A DNA stretch of 25,857 nt, taken from the NCBI GenBank assembly GCA_023266165.1, contig JAHFRR010000003.1:1-25857 (forward strand), read 5' to 3'. The notes below the pieces were generated by a model. It had not been told where the DNA came from, searched no databases, and was given only the letters and a program-made list of their open reading frames with translations. A program made the position numbers and the translations under genes. Shown one piece after another: positions 8,195 through 16,124 of the stretch; positions within the stretch are counted from its first letter, which is position 1; every line of letters starts with the position of its first letter. This stretch comes from Thiotrichales bacterium. GTDB taxonomy: Bacteria; Pseudomonadota; Gammaproteobacteria; Francisellales; CACEW01.

Positions 8195-8887
8195 ATGTCT
8201 CGGGCAACCAAAGCCGTCATCACCCTCGTGAGCATTGCGATTGCCGTTGCATGCTGGCATGTGCTCTGGCATCGATTGAAAAACCCAGACAGCTTTCCTA
8301 TCCAACATATTGCCGTGACCTGCCCTTGCCAAAATCTCACTGAACCCATGATTCAAGATACGATTGCACCGCTTGCCACGAAAGGCTTCTTTGGCATTCC
8401 CCTCAATGTATTACGCAATAATCTCGCAAGCTTGCCAGGTGTGAGCCAGGTGATGATTCATAGGCAATGGCCCGATACGCTCAATGTCCAGATCCAAGTT
8501 TTGCAACCGGTTGCGCGCTGGGGTGCCCACTCTTTGGTGAGCAACACCGGCGTGATCTTCCCACGCATTCAAAATGCCTGGGGTGGGTTGCCTCAGATCT
8601 CAGCGCCGGATACCGATGCCGCTCAAGCGGTTGCTGTCTTAGATCTCGCGCAAAAGCAATTATTCAGCGACCAGCTGCAAGTCACCGCGCTGTCTGAAGA
8701 ACCCTATATCAGCTGGAGTGTACAAGTCAGCAACCCTACTCAGAGCCCTTTCTGGATGATCCTGGGGTTGGATAACTTACCGATCAAACTTCAACGGTTC
8801 TCGATTGCCTATCCCGCCTTAATCGCAACCCAACAAACCTTGAGCCGCGTGGATTTGAGATATCCGAATGGCATCGCGGTGCGATAA
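8195..8887 (+). CDS. ftsQ: Cell division protein FtsQ/DivIB-like
   Basis: Single N-terminal TM helix, POTRA domain (FPI..I.V...L..LP.V..V...RQWPDTL.V...PVARW) and C-terminal VDLRYPNGIAV. AAGGAG RBS lies 8 nt before ATG 8195. Confidence 0.88.
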   Translation: MSRATKAVITLVSIAIAVACWHVLWHRLKNPDSFPIQHIAVTCPCQNLTEPMIQDTIAPLATKGFFGIPLNVLRNNLASLPGVSQVMIHRQWPDTLNVQIQVLQPVARWGAHSLVSNTGVIFPRIQNAWGGLPQISAPDTDAAQAVAVLDLAQKQLFSDQLQVTALSEEPYISWSVQVSNPTQSPFWMILGLDNLPIKLQRFSIAYPALIATQQTLSRVDLRYPNGIAVR

Positions 8888-8891
8888 ACAC

Positions 8892-9455
8892 ATGCTGGAT
8901 CAGATTAACGCTCTTTTGCCCCAAACCCAGTGTCAACGCTGTGGGTTTCTGGGTTGTCGCCCCTACGCCCAAGCCATCCTTGAGGGCACCCCCCATAATC
9001 AATGCCCCCCTGGCGGTGCACGCGTGATTGAAGCGCTCTCTGCATTACTGAAGCGCGAGGTGCTGCCCTTAAATCCTATCCATGGCACGGAAGGCCCGCG
9101 TTTTCTGGCCAAGATCCGTGAAATAGATTGTATCGGGTGCACCAAGTGCATTCAAGTCTGCCCCGTCGATGCCATTGTGGGATCTGCCAAACACATGCAT
9201 ACCGTGATAGCTCACGAGTGCACGGGCTGCGAGCTCTGCATCCCCGCTTGCCCCGTCGACTGCATCGAATGGGAGAGTGCACCTGATGATCTCCAGCCAG
9301 AAGCCTTAGAGCCCTCTCAAAGGCAGGAGCGAGAGCAGTACCATCGAATGCGCCATGAAGCGCGTCAGGAAAGACTCAAGACTCAAACGCCTGATATCAA
9401 TCTTACGAGGATACTTGCGCAGGCCATAGATTTTTCAAAGCTTGCCAAGGAATGA
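8892..9455 (+). CDS. rsxB: Stand-alone RnfB/RsxB-type ferredoxin
   Basis: INALLPQTQCQRCG..GCRPYA, CPPGG and two 4Fe-4S motifs CIGCTKCIQVCP and CTGCELCIPACP. No other rnf genes are in the window. ATG 8892 is preferred over 8868. Confidence 0.9.
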   Translation: MLDQINALLPQTQCQRCGFLGCRPYAQAILEGTPHNQCPPGGARVIEALSALLKREVLPLNPIHGTEGPRFLAKIREIDCIGCTKCIQVCPVDAIVGSAKHMHTVIAHECTGCELCIPACPVDCIEWESAPDDLQPEALEPSQRQEREQYHRMRHEARQERLKTQTPDINLTRILAQAIDFSKLAKE

Positions 9456-10596
9456 CTTCGATCTCCCCCTGCGTATAGGGTACCGGTGTGCGACACACGA
9501 TAAAAGCTTTTTTCACGCCATATTCCTCCATAAAAACCCGCAGATGGCGAAAGTCTGCATCTGCAGGATGCTCTGTCCATTTGACTTCAATAGGTATCAA
9601 CTGTTCATGGCGCTTGAGTACCCAGTCAACCTCAACGCCGCTGTGGTCTCGCCAAAAATAGAGTTGCGCCCTGGGCTCATACAGATGGATCCGCTTTAAG
9701 AGCTCTAAGCCCACCCATTGCTCAAAGAGCTTCCCCAACAGAGTCGGCGGATACGGATACCCTTCCCGTGCAGCCACACGCCGTAGGCCTAAGTCAAAAA
9801 AGAGATATTTAGGCGACTGCGTCAAACGTCGACGTGTTTTGGTCTGGATGTAAGGCTCAATGCGCTTTGCAATCAAGCAATCTTCCAAAATCTGATAATA
9901 GGCTGAAATCGTACTGTGCGCGACACCAATCTCTTGAGACAGCTTCAATAAATTAATGATCTCCCCTGACTGCGCAGCGGCTAATTCTAGAAATTGCCCA
10001 AAGGCTGAGAGATTACGCACCAAGGCTTCACGGCGAACTTCCTCTTCCAGATATGTTTCTACATAGCTTTCCAAATCTGTATCTTGATAAGCAGGATTGG
10101 ATTCTTGAAGAATGGCAGGCAACGCACCAAACATCAATCTATTCTCGAGAGAGATATCTAACGCCTGGCTTTCTTCAAAGCTCAAGGGATCCAGATACAA
10201 AACCACGACACGCCCTGGCAGCAAGTTCACTCGCCCTGTGTGCTTGAGCTTACGGGCAGAGGATCCTGTTAAAATAAACTGCGCCACATGCCGATCAATC
10301 AGCAACTGCACGGCATTCATCAAATCAGGAACCAATTGGATCTCATCTATGATAATCAAAGGGTGAGGCTGTTTTTTTGCAACAGCCTCCACATCCAGCA
10401 CCAAACGATCTGGATCACGCTCATAGCGCTGACGGAGCTTTGCCTCTAACAAACTCCAGCTGGCATGGGCCCCTAGCTGCTGCACCAACGTGGTTTTCCC
10501 CACCTGGCGAGGGCCCAGCAATAAGATGCTTTTACCTCGCGCGAGATGCGCCCTCAAAGCGGGTAGTAAGAGCCTTTGTAAGGGTACCCTTACCAT
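9403..10596 (-). CDS. AAA_14 ATPase with DUF4143 (restriction-endonuclease-like) C-terminal domain
   Basis: Walker A GPRQVGKT, Walker B IIIDEIQ, LTGSSA, L.GR, K.YFFDLG, LFEQWV, FWRD..G.EVD and IPIEVK. Confidence 0.88.
   Translation of the reverse strand: MVRVPLQRLLLPALRAHLARGKSILLLGPRQVGKTTLVQQLGAHASWSLLEAKLRQRYERDPDRLVLDVEAVAKKQPHPLIIIDEIQLVPDLMNAVQLLIDRHVAQFILTGSSARKLKHTGRVNLLPGRVVVLYLDPLSFEESQALDISLENRLMFGALPAILQESNPAYQDTDLESYVETYLEEEVRREALVRNLSAFGQFLELAAAQSGEIINLLKLSQEIGVAHSTISAYYQILEDCLIAKRIEPYIQTKTRRRLTQSPKYLFFDLGLRRVAAREGYPYPPTLLGKLFEQWVGLELLKRIHLYEPRAQLYFWRDHSGVEVDWVLKRHEQLIPIEVKWTEHPADADFRHLRVFMEEYGVKKAFIVCRTPVPYTQGEIEVIPWQALKNLWPAQVSS
10578..10593. promoter_or_regulatory. Perfect 16-bp palindrome directly after the start codon of the AAA_14-DUF4143 gene
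   Basis: GTAAGGGTACCCTTAC equals its own reverse complement. Function is inferred only. Confidence 0.4.
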
Positions 10597-10630
10597 GGGT
10601 TGAATACCTGTTCGCTATCACCAGAGGCAC

Positions 10631-10659
10631 AGTCTATCAGAAATCGCATTTTGTGTATA
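10631..10659 (-). promoter_or_regulatory. Putative sigma70 promoter of the AAA_14-DUF4143 gene
   Basis: Minus strand TATACA-17 nt-TAGACT with an extended -10 TG. Confidence 0.4.
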
Positions 10660-10660
10660 G

Positions 10661-10689
10661 ACACTCAAAAAACAATGTTTTCTGAGTGT
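10661..10689 (-). terminator. Long hairpin/palindrome between parC and the AAA_14-DUF4143 gene (terminator or operator)
   Basis: ACACTCAAAAAACAATGTTTTCTGAGTGT has 13 of 14 dyad pairs matched, and the mismatch becomes G-U on the minus-strand RNA. There is no U-tract, so a Rho-independent terminator role is uncertain. Confidence 0.45.
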
Positions 10690-10727
10690 GGGCAATCAAA
10701 TACCAGGCCTATCTTTTGAAAACCTTG

Positions 10728-10752
10728 ATTGGCAAAGCTTTCTTATCCCCTC
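10728..10752 (-). repeat. Copy of the dispersed repeat tail
   Basis: Minus strand GAGGGGATAAGAAAGCTTTGCCAAT versus GAGGGAATAAGAAAGCCTTGCCAAT at 8..32 (23/25 identical). Confidence 0.65.
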
Positions 10753-10754
10753 AT

Positions 10755-13001
10755 CTAGAGTGCCTCCAGCCGCGTCACCACGCGATACCCTTTAGGGAGC
10801 ATCACGCCTTTGCCGCCCATCTCACCCTGATAGCTCTTGAGATCCTCAGGACTCAAACGCAGATATTGTTTACCTGCATGGACACGTAACTCTTGAGAGG
10901 CGCTTAAAACCTGCCAAGTCAGTACTTTATCTTCGCCTGTTTTAAAGCTCTGCGTGGCAATATGAATCAAACGGCTGCCTTTACCCTTCCCCAAGACAGG
11001 CAGCGCTGACAGAGAAATGAGTAATAAGCGCCCTGCCAGGGTCACTAAAGCCAGCTGCTGATGGTGTTTGTCTTTGATGGCATAAGGCATTAAGATCTCA
11101 GCGCCTTCAGAAAGATTTAAAACAGATTTACCATTCTTCGTCTTGACTTGCAATGCATCGAAAGACGCCAAAAACCCATACCCTGCACTCGAGGCTAAGA
11201 GCCCCTCATCACCTGGCTCCATCATGACCTGTGTCACAAAAGCTGTATTTTGGGGAGGCGAAAATCTTCCTGTCAATGGCTCACCCTGTCCTCGCGCAGA
11301 CGGGAGCGTGTGCGCTGGCGCACTGTAAGCTTGCCCTGTTTGATCCAAAAAGACCACGGTCATGGAACTTTTGCCTTGAGAGGCTATCAAGAGCTGATCT
11401 CCGGCTTTATAAGACAAGGCTGTAGGGTCAATCTCATGGCCCTTTGCAGCCCGAATCCAGCCTTGTTGAGACAAGATCACCGTCAGATTATCAACAGGCA
11501 TCAGCTCTTCTTCTTTGAAGGCTTTAGACTCCACGCGTTCCATCAGTTTTGAACGCCGAGGATCTCCAAAGCTTTTCGCAATTAAGGCTAACTCTTCTGA
11601 CACTTTTTGCTTCAATAGCACCTCGGAATCTAACAGAGATTTGAGCGCGTCCCGTTCTTGCAATAATTCAGACTCTTCAGCCCTCAAGGTAAACTCTTCA
11701 ATCTTGGCGAGATATCTCAAGCGCAGATCCAAAATGGCATCCGACTGCTCCTCTGTCAGGCCAAAGCGCTGCATCATCTGGGCTTTAGGGTCATCCTCTG
11801 TCCGGATGATATGGATCAGCTCATCGATATTCAGATACGCAATCAATAAACCCGCCACAAGATGAAGCCTGGCCAATACCCGTTGATAACGATGGTGCAG
11901 CCGCATTCTGACGGTCTCCACGCGAAACTCCAGCCATTCCGTGAGAATCTGGTGCAGGTTTTTGACCTGCGGACGGCCATTGAGACCAATCATATTCAAA
12001 TTCACACGAACGTTCTTCTCGAGCTCTGTCGTTGCAAACAGATGTGCCATGACGGCATCAGGGTCCACCCGGTTGGAGCGCAAGGTAATGACCAAGCGAA
12101 TAGGATCATCATGATCAGACTCGTCTCGCAGATCCACCACCATCGGAAGCTTTTTCGCCTGCATTTGCGCTGCGATCTGTTCCAAGATCTTGCCTGGAGA
12201 AGTCTGGTGCGGCATGGCGGTAATGACAATCTCACCCTCTTCCAAGTGATAGCAGGCACGCATCTTGATAGAACCCATGCCGGTTTGATACAGGGTCAGG
12301 ATATCCTCTTTCGGGGTAATAATCTCAGCACCCATCGGGAAATCAGGTGCCAGAACCATTTCACAGAGCTTTTCAAGACTGGCATTCGGATGTTTTAGCA
12401 AATACTGGCAGGCACTCACTACCTCCGCGAGGTTATGCGGCGGGATATCGGTCGCCATCCCAACAGCGATCCCAGTCCCACCATTCAATAAAATATTAGG
12501 GATCTGGGCAGGCAAAAGCGCAGGTTCTGTGAGGGTTCCATCGAAATTGGGCAGCCACTCCACCGTCCCCATAGAAAGCTCGCTTAACAGCAAATCAGCA
12601 TAGACAGAAAGCTTAGACTCTGTATAACGCATGGCCGCAAAGGATTTAGGATCGTCGACCGACCCCCAGTTTCCCTGGCCATCGACCAGAGGATATCGGT
12701 ACGAAAAGCTTTGCGCCATCAACACCATGGCTTCATAGCACGCCGTATCCCCATGCGGGTGGAACTTCCCAAGAACATCCCCCACGGTTCTGGCGGATTT
12801 TTTATATTTTGCAGCGCTCTTCAAACCCAGCTCAGACATGGCATAGACAATACGACGCTGAACAGGCTTCAGGCCATCCGCAAGATGAGGTAGTGCGCGA
12901 TCCAAAATCACATACATCGAATAATCGAGATACGCCTTCTTGGTAAAGACCGACAGTGGCTGAGTCTCAGCACCATCAAAGTTCAACGACAGATTATCCA
13001 C
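10755..13001 (-). CDS. parC: DNA topoisomerase IV subunit A
   Basis: [56 protein letters not shown] and [15 protein letters not shown] motifs; 748 aa, ParC-sized with no GyrA-box seen. Confidence 0.97.
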   Translation of the reverse strand: MDNLSLNFDGAETQPLSVFTKKAYLDYSMYVILDRALPHLADGLKPVQRRIVYAMSELGLKSAAKYKKSARTVGDVLGKFHPHGDTACYEAMVLMAQSFSYRYPLVDGQGNWGSVDDPKSFAAMRYTESKLSVYADLLLSELSMGTVEWLPNFDGTLTEPALLPAQIPNILLNGGTGIAVGMATDIPPHNLAEVVSACQYLLKHPNASLEKLCEMVLAPDFPMGAEIITPKEDILTLYQTGMGSIKMRACYHLEEGEIVITAMPHQTSPGKILEQIAAQMQAKKLPMVVDLRDESDHDDPIRLVITLRSNRVDPDAVMAHLFATTELEKNVRVNLNMIGLNGRPQVKNLHQILTEWLEFRVETVRMRLHHRYQRVLARLHLVAGLLIAYLNIDELIHIIRTEDDPKAQMMQRFGLTEEQSDAILDLRLRYLAKIEEFTLRAEESELLQERDALKSLLDSEVLLKQKVSEELALIAKSFGDPRRSKLMERVESKAFKEEELMPVDNLTVILSQQGWIRAAKGHEIDPTALSYKAGDQLLIASQGKSSMTVVFLDQTGQAYSAPAHTLPSARGQGEPLTGRFSPPQNTAFVTQVMMEPGDEGLLASSAGYGFLASFDALQVKTKNGKSVLNLSEGAEILMPYAIKDKHHQQLALVTLAGRLLLISLSALPVLGKGKGSRLIHIATQSFKTGEDKVLTWQVLSASQELRVHAGKQYLRLSPEDLKSYQGEMGGKGVMLPKGYRVVTRLEAL

Positions 13002-13020
13002 GCACAGCTCACCGTCAATT

Positions 13021-13335
13021 TTAAATTGCGTTTTTCAACAAAGGCAGCAGCTCACCGGCATCTTGCATCTCGCAGATAATATCACATCCACCGACCAGCT
13101 CACCCTTGACCCACAATTGTGGGAAGGTCGGCCACTCTGCAATCCCCGGGAGCACAGCGCGAATGTCAGGATTTTGCAAAACATCCACCGTGTCAAACTT
13201 CACCCCACAGGCTTTAATCGCTTGAACGGCGCGGGCTGAGAAGCCACACTGAGGGAAGTCCGCTGAGCCTTTCATATAGAGTAAAATCGGATGTGTGGCA
13301 ATTTGTTCACGAATCTTTTTTTCAGTGTCCATCAT
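13021..13335 (-). CDS. grxD: Monothiol glutaredoxin Grx4
   Basis: LYMKG...FPQCGFS, WPTFPQL and GELVGGCDI motifs. Confidence 0.96.
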   Translation of the reverse strand: MMDTEKKIREQIATHPILLYMKGSADFPQCGFSARAVQAIKACGVKFDTVDVLQNPDIRAVLPGIAEWPTFPQLWVKGELVGGCDIICEMQDAGELLPLLKNAI

Positions 13336-13346
13336 GGCACCCTCTA

Positions 13347-13937
13347 TTATTTTAAATTTTTAGTTAAATTTTTAGCAACAAAATCCCAGTTGACCAACGC
13401 CCAGAAAGCGTCTAGATAACTGGCTCGAAGATTACGATAGTCAATGTAATACGCGTGCTCCCAGACATCCACTGTCAAAAGCGCCGTGCGCTGATGTTTC
13501 ATGGGCAGATCTGCATTCGAAGTATTGAAAATCTCAAGCGCGCCGGATTCAGTCTTCACAAGCCACGTCCAACCCGATCCAAAGTTCGTGAGCGCCGATT
13601 GCGTCAAACTCTTTTTAAATTCTGCAAACGAGCCAAATGCCTTCGCAATGCCCTCAGCCAGTTGACCTGTAGGCTCTCCGCCCCCTTGGGGAGACAAGCA
13701 ATTCCAATAGAAACTATGATTCCACACTTGCGCGGCATTGTTAAATATCCCACCCTGAGAGCCCATGATGATAGCCTCTAAGGACTGATGTTCAAAGGGC
13801 GTGCCGGGTATCAGTTTATTGAGATTAGTTACATACGCCTGATGGTGCTTACCATGATGGTACGTCAGCGTTTCAGGAGAGATATGAGGCATCAAACTAT
13901 CAAGTGCATAGGGCAATGAGGGTAATTCAAAAGGCAT
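13347..13937 (-). CDS. sodB: Fe superoxide dismutase
   Basis: HHGKHHQAYV, FNNAAQVWNH (Fe-type AAQ), FGSGW.W and DVWEHAYY motifs; GGAGA RBS. Confidence 0.96.
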   Translation of the reverse strand: MPFELPSLPYALDSLMPHISPETLTYHHGKHHQAYVTNLNKLIPGTPFEHQSLEAIIMGSQGGIFNNAAQVWNHSFYWNCLSPQGGGEPTGQLAEGIAKAFGSFAEFKKSLTQSALTNFGSGWTWLVKTESGALEIFNTSNADLPMKHQRTALLTVDVWEHAYYIDYRNLRASYLDAFWALVNWDFVAKNLTKNLK

Positions 13938-13958
13938 GAAAGGTCTCCTTAAAACATC

Positions 13959-13988
13959 GTGAAGATTTGTGAAAATCCGTGAAAATCT
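13959..13988. repeat. Three imperfect tandem 10-mers between the tRNA 3' end and the sodB RBS
   Basis: GTGAAGATTT GTGAAAATCC GTGAAAATCT. Confidence 0.6.
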
Positions 13989-13989
13989 A

Positions 13990-14065
13990 TGGAGCGGGAA
14001 ACGAGATTCGAACTCGCGACCCCAAGCTTGGGAAGCTTGTGCTCTACCAACTGAGCTATTCCCGC
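13990..14065 (-). tRNA. tRNA-Gly (anticodon CCC)
   Basis: GCGGGAATAGCTCAGTTGGTAGAGCACAAGCTTCCCAAGCTTGGGGTCGCGAGTTCGAATCTCGTTTCCCGCTCCA: 76-nt cloverleaf, anticodon arm CAAGC-TTCCCAA-GCTTG, U73 discriminator, encoded CCA. Confidence 0.97.
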
Positions 14066-14077
14066 TAGTCGCCTCGC

Positions 14078-14106
14078 ATTCTCGCGCGAATGGCTGGCAA
14101 TGTCAA
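14078..14106 (-). promoter_or_regulatory. sigma70 stable-RNA promoter of tRNA-Gly
   Basis: Minus strand TTGACA-17 nt-GAGAAT followed by a GC-rich discriminator GCGAGGCG. Confidence 0.75.
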
Positions 14107-14130
14107 TAAGCAGAAAAACCAGAGAAAAAT

Positions 14131-15846
14131 TTATCCAAAATCAACTTTTTCAGTCGCGTAATGCACCACTTTCCCCTCAAAAATCACGCCCACCATCAAG
14201 ATCTCTTTGATCTGCTGATGTTGCATGATCTTGGCAGAATAATGCCCTAGCTTGATTTGCTGAAGGGCTTTTTGGGTAAGCGCTTGCGGGTCTTGGTCTG
14301 ATTTTGCAATTTTGAATTCTAGAATCAAAGCCCTGCTTTGGGATTTGTCTTTGGGAATCAAAATAACATCCGGTCGACCATAGCCGCTTTCTGAATTCGA
14401 AAAAACATAAAACTGATCCATCATCGAGGCGATCAACGCCAGCGTAAACCCATGATAGAACGCCTCGGGTTGATTCGCATAATCATGAAAGCTGGCTGCG
14501 GATTCCAAAAAGAACTGAGTTTCCTGGGCAAAGCACTCGATATCCCCTAAGGCTAAGCCTTTGATGAGTTGGGTTTGATGCTCAAGTCTCTCTGGCACTT
14601 TCTCAAGCCAACTCGAAAACATGCCTCGATAAGCCAATAACACTTCTTGGTTCGGGATCGCCACTTGAGCGGTATAAAATTCCCCGTTGAAATCAGAAGA
14701 CAGTACTTTTAAATATCCGCCCAGCAGTAATAAGTTCCAAAGCATACTCTCATGCGCTCTAATCTCATCAAACCGCATGGTTTCTGAAATCATGACCTGG
14801 ACGGTTTCACCTAAAATCAATCGTTCCAGTTTTTTCTTAACACCTTCAGAACTGCTTTGAACCAGCTCTCGCAAAAGCTTATCATCCCCACTGAGCACCC
14901 AATAAGGTTGTAGTTTACCCTTCTTAACCAGGCAATTCATAATAGACCAAGGGTTGTAAAGCGTTAACCCGTTAATTTGATAGCCATTATACCAGGCCTG
15001 AACCTTGGGCTCATCATGCGATAACCCTTGATCTTCAAAGAGAGCAACCAAATCTTCCTGTGTAAATCCAAAGGAGTCATAATAACGATCATCATTGAGA
15101 ACCGTATAGGTTTCAACGTTATTAAGCCCTGAGAGCATACTGTCTTTTGAAATCCTTAAAATTCCCGTCATCACGCCTTTTGCAACAAAAGGATTATCCT
15201 TCATACCTGCGCTGAAAAAGTTCTTTAAGAGTTCTGACAGTGGATTGAAAAGCGTAGGGCCATGATTGGAAAAAGCGTGATTGAGAGGTGTGTCGTACTC
15301 ATCAATCAAAATATAGACGTTCCGATGGTGATATCGATATAAAAACTGTGACAGTAATTTTAAGGAGCGAGCAATATCTGCAGCATTCAGCGCACCTGTG
15401 AGATAGTGCCCAAACATCTGTTTATCTTCAGGTTCCCATAAAAAATTTGTGTCTTTCAGAATCTGTCGATGCGCTATAAACGCCTCTTGAATCAAGGCAG
15501 ACAGAGCGTTCATGGCATCCGAATAATTTAATGCCTTAAAATCTTTAAAATTTAAAAAAATGACTGGGTACTGGCCTTGATGCTTCATATAGTCATGATG
15601 GGTCTTTGAAATCTCTAACTTATCAAACAGCCCTTTAGTCTTAACACCATCAACGATGGGCGACAAGAAATGGTGGAGCATGGAAAGATTTAAAGATTTA
15701 CCCCAACGACGTGGGCGGGTGATCACAATCGCCTTATGTGGATCCTCCAACACCTTTTTGATAAAACAACTCTTATCGACAAAAAGATACCCTCCCAGAA
15801 CAAGCTCTGAGAAGTTCCCTCCACCAATTTGTAAAGCTTTTGACAT
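14131..15846 (-). CDS. AAA-ATPase-like domain fused to a PD-(D/E)XK (PDDEXK_9-type) nuclease domain
   Basis: IG..NF.EL......FVDKS, Walker A RPRRWGKS, YPVIFL.FK, Walker B ILIDEYD, TGILR, LNN, WYNGY, YNPWS, PNQEV, EAFYHGF and N.ESG.GRPD.....ILEFK. Confidence 0.9.
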   Translation of the reverse strand: MSKALQIGGGNFSELVLGGYLFVDKSCFIKKVLEDPHKAIVITRPRRWGKSLNLSMLHHFLSPIVDGVKTKGLFDKLEISKTHHDYMKHQGQYPVIFLNFKDFKALNYSDAMNALSALIQEAFIAHRQILKDTNFLWEPEDKQMFGHYLTGALNAADIARSLKLLSQFLYRYHHRNVYILIDEYDTPLNHAFSNHGPTLFNPLSELLKNFFSAGMKDNPFVAKGVMTGILRISKDSMLSGLNNVETYTVLNDDRYYDSFGFTQEDLVALFEDQGLSHDEPKVQAWYNGYQINGLTLYNPWSIMNCLVKKGKLQPYWVLSGDDKLLRELVQSSSEGVKKKLERLILGETVQVMISETMRFDEIRAHESMLWNLLLLGGYLKVLSSDFNGEFYTAQVAIPNQEVLLAYRGMFSSWLEKVPERLEHQTQLIKGLALGDIECFAQETQFFLESAASFHDYANQPEAFYHGFTLALIASMMDQFYVFSNSESGYGRPDVILIPKDKSQSRALILEFKIAKSDQDPQALTQKALQQIKLGHYSAKIMQHQQIKEILMVGVIFEGKVVHYATEKVDFG

Positions 15847-15930
15847 ATCGCTTTTCCCTTAACCCGTGCTTTTAAATTTCTTTAACTGAGCGCCATCATT
15901 CTCTGGCTTTGGAAGCTTAAATTGAAAGCT

Positions 15931-15959
15931 ATGATAAAATAAAAATCAAAAAAAATCAA
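15931..15959 (-). promoter_or_regulatory. Putative sigma70 promoter of the AAA/PD-(D/E)XK gene
   Basis: Minus strand TTGATT-17 nt-TATCAT; AAGGGG RBS before ATG 15846. Confidence 0.55.
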
Positions 15960-16124
15960 GAGAAAAATAATAAACAGAAAAGCCTGCAAATACCACAAAA
16001 AACCTTCAAAAACCTTAAAAAACCTTTCGGGGTATTAGCAATTTTTTTTAAAATACGCTATCCTACACATCTTGAATTTTTAATCCTGAATTTTTATTGA
16101 TTTTATTGATCTAGGACGCCCATT

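Noticed and set aside
7943-8356. 137-aa minus-strand ORF where bamE might be expected
   Set aside because: No lipobox or BamE motif. It overlaps ratB and ftsQ on the opposite strand and is a shadow ORF.
12740-12780. ParC QRDR has Thr (HPHGDTAC) where E. coli has Ser80
   Set aside because: A conservative natural variant with no basis here to claim quinolone resistance.
13990-14065. tRNA-Gly(CCC) body resembles the E. coli GCC isoacceptor rather than glyU
   Set aside because: All Gly identity elements are normal, and isoacceptor body types vary between lineages. I cannot show it is unusual.
13990-14131. tRNA-Gly as the attachment site of an island carrying the AAA-nuclease gene
   Set aside because: The gene lies on the 5' side of the tRNA, and no duplicated tRNA 3' end or integrase is visible.
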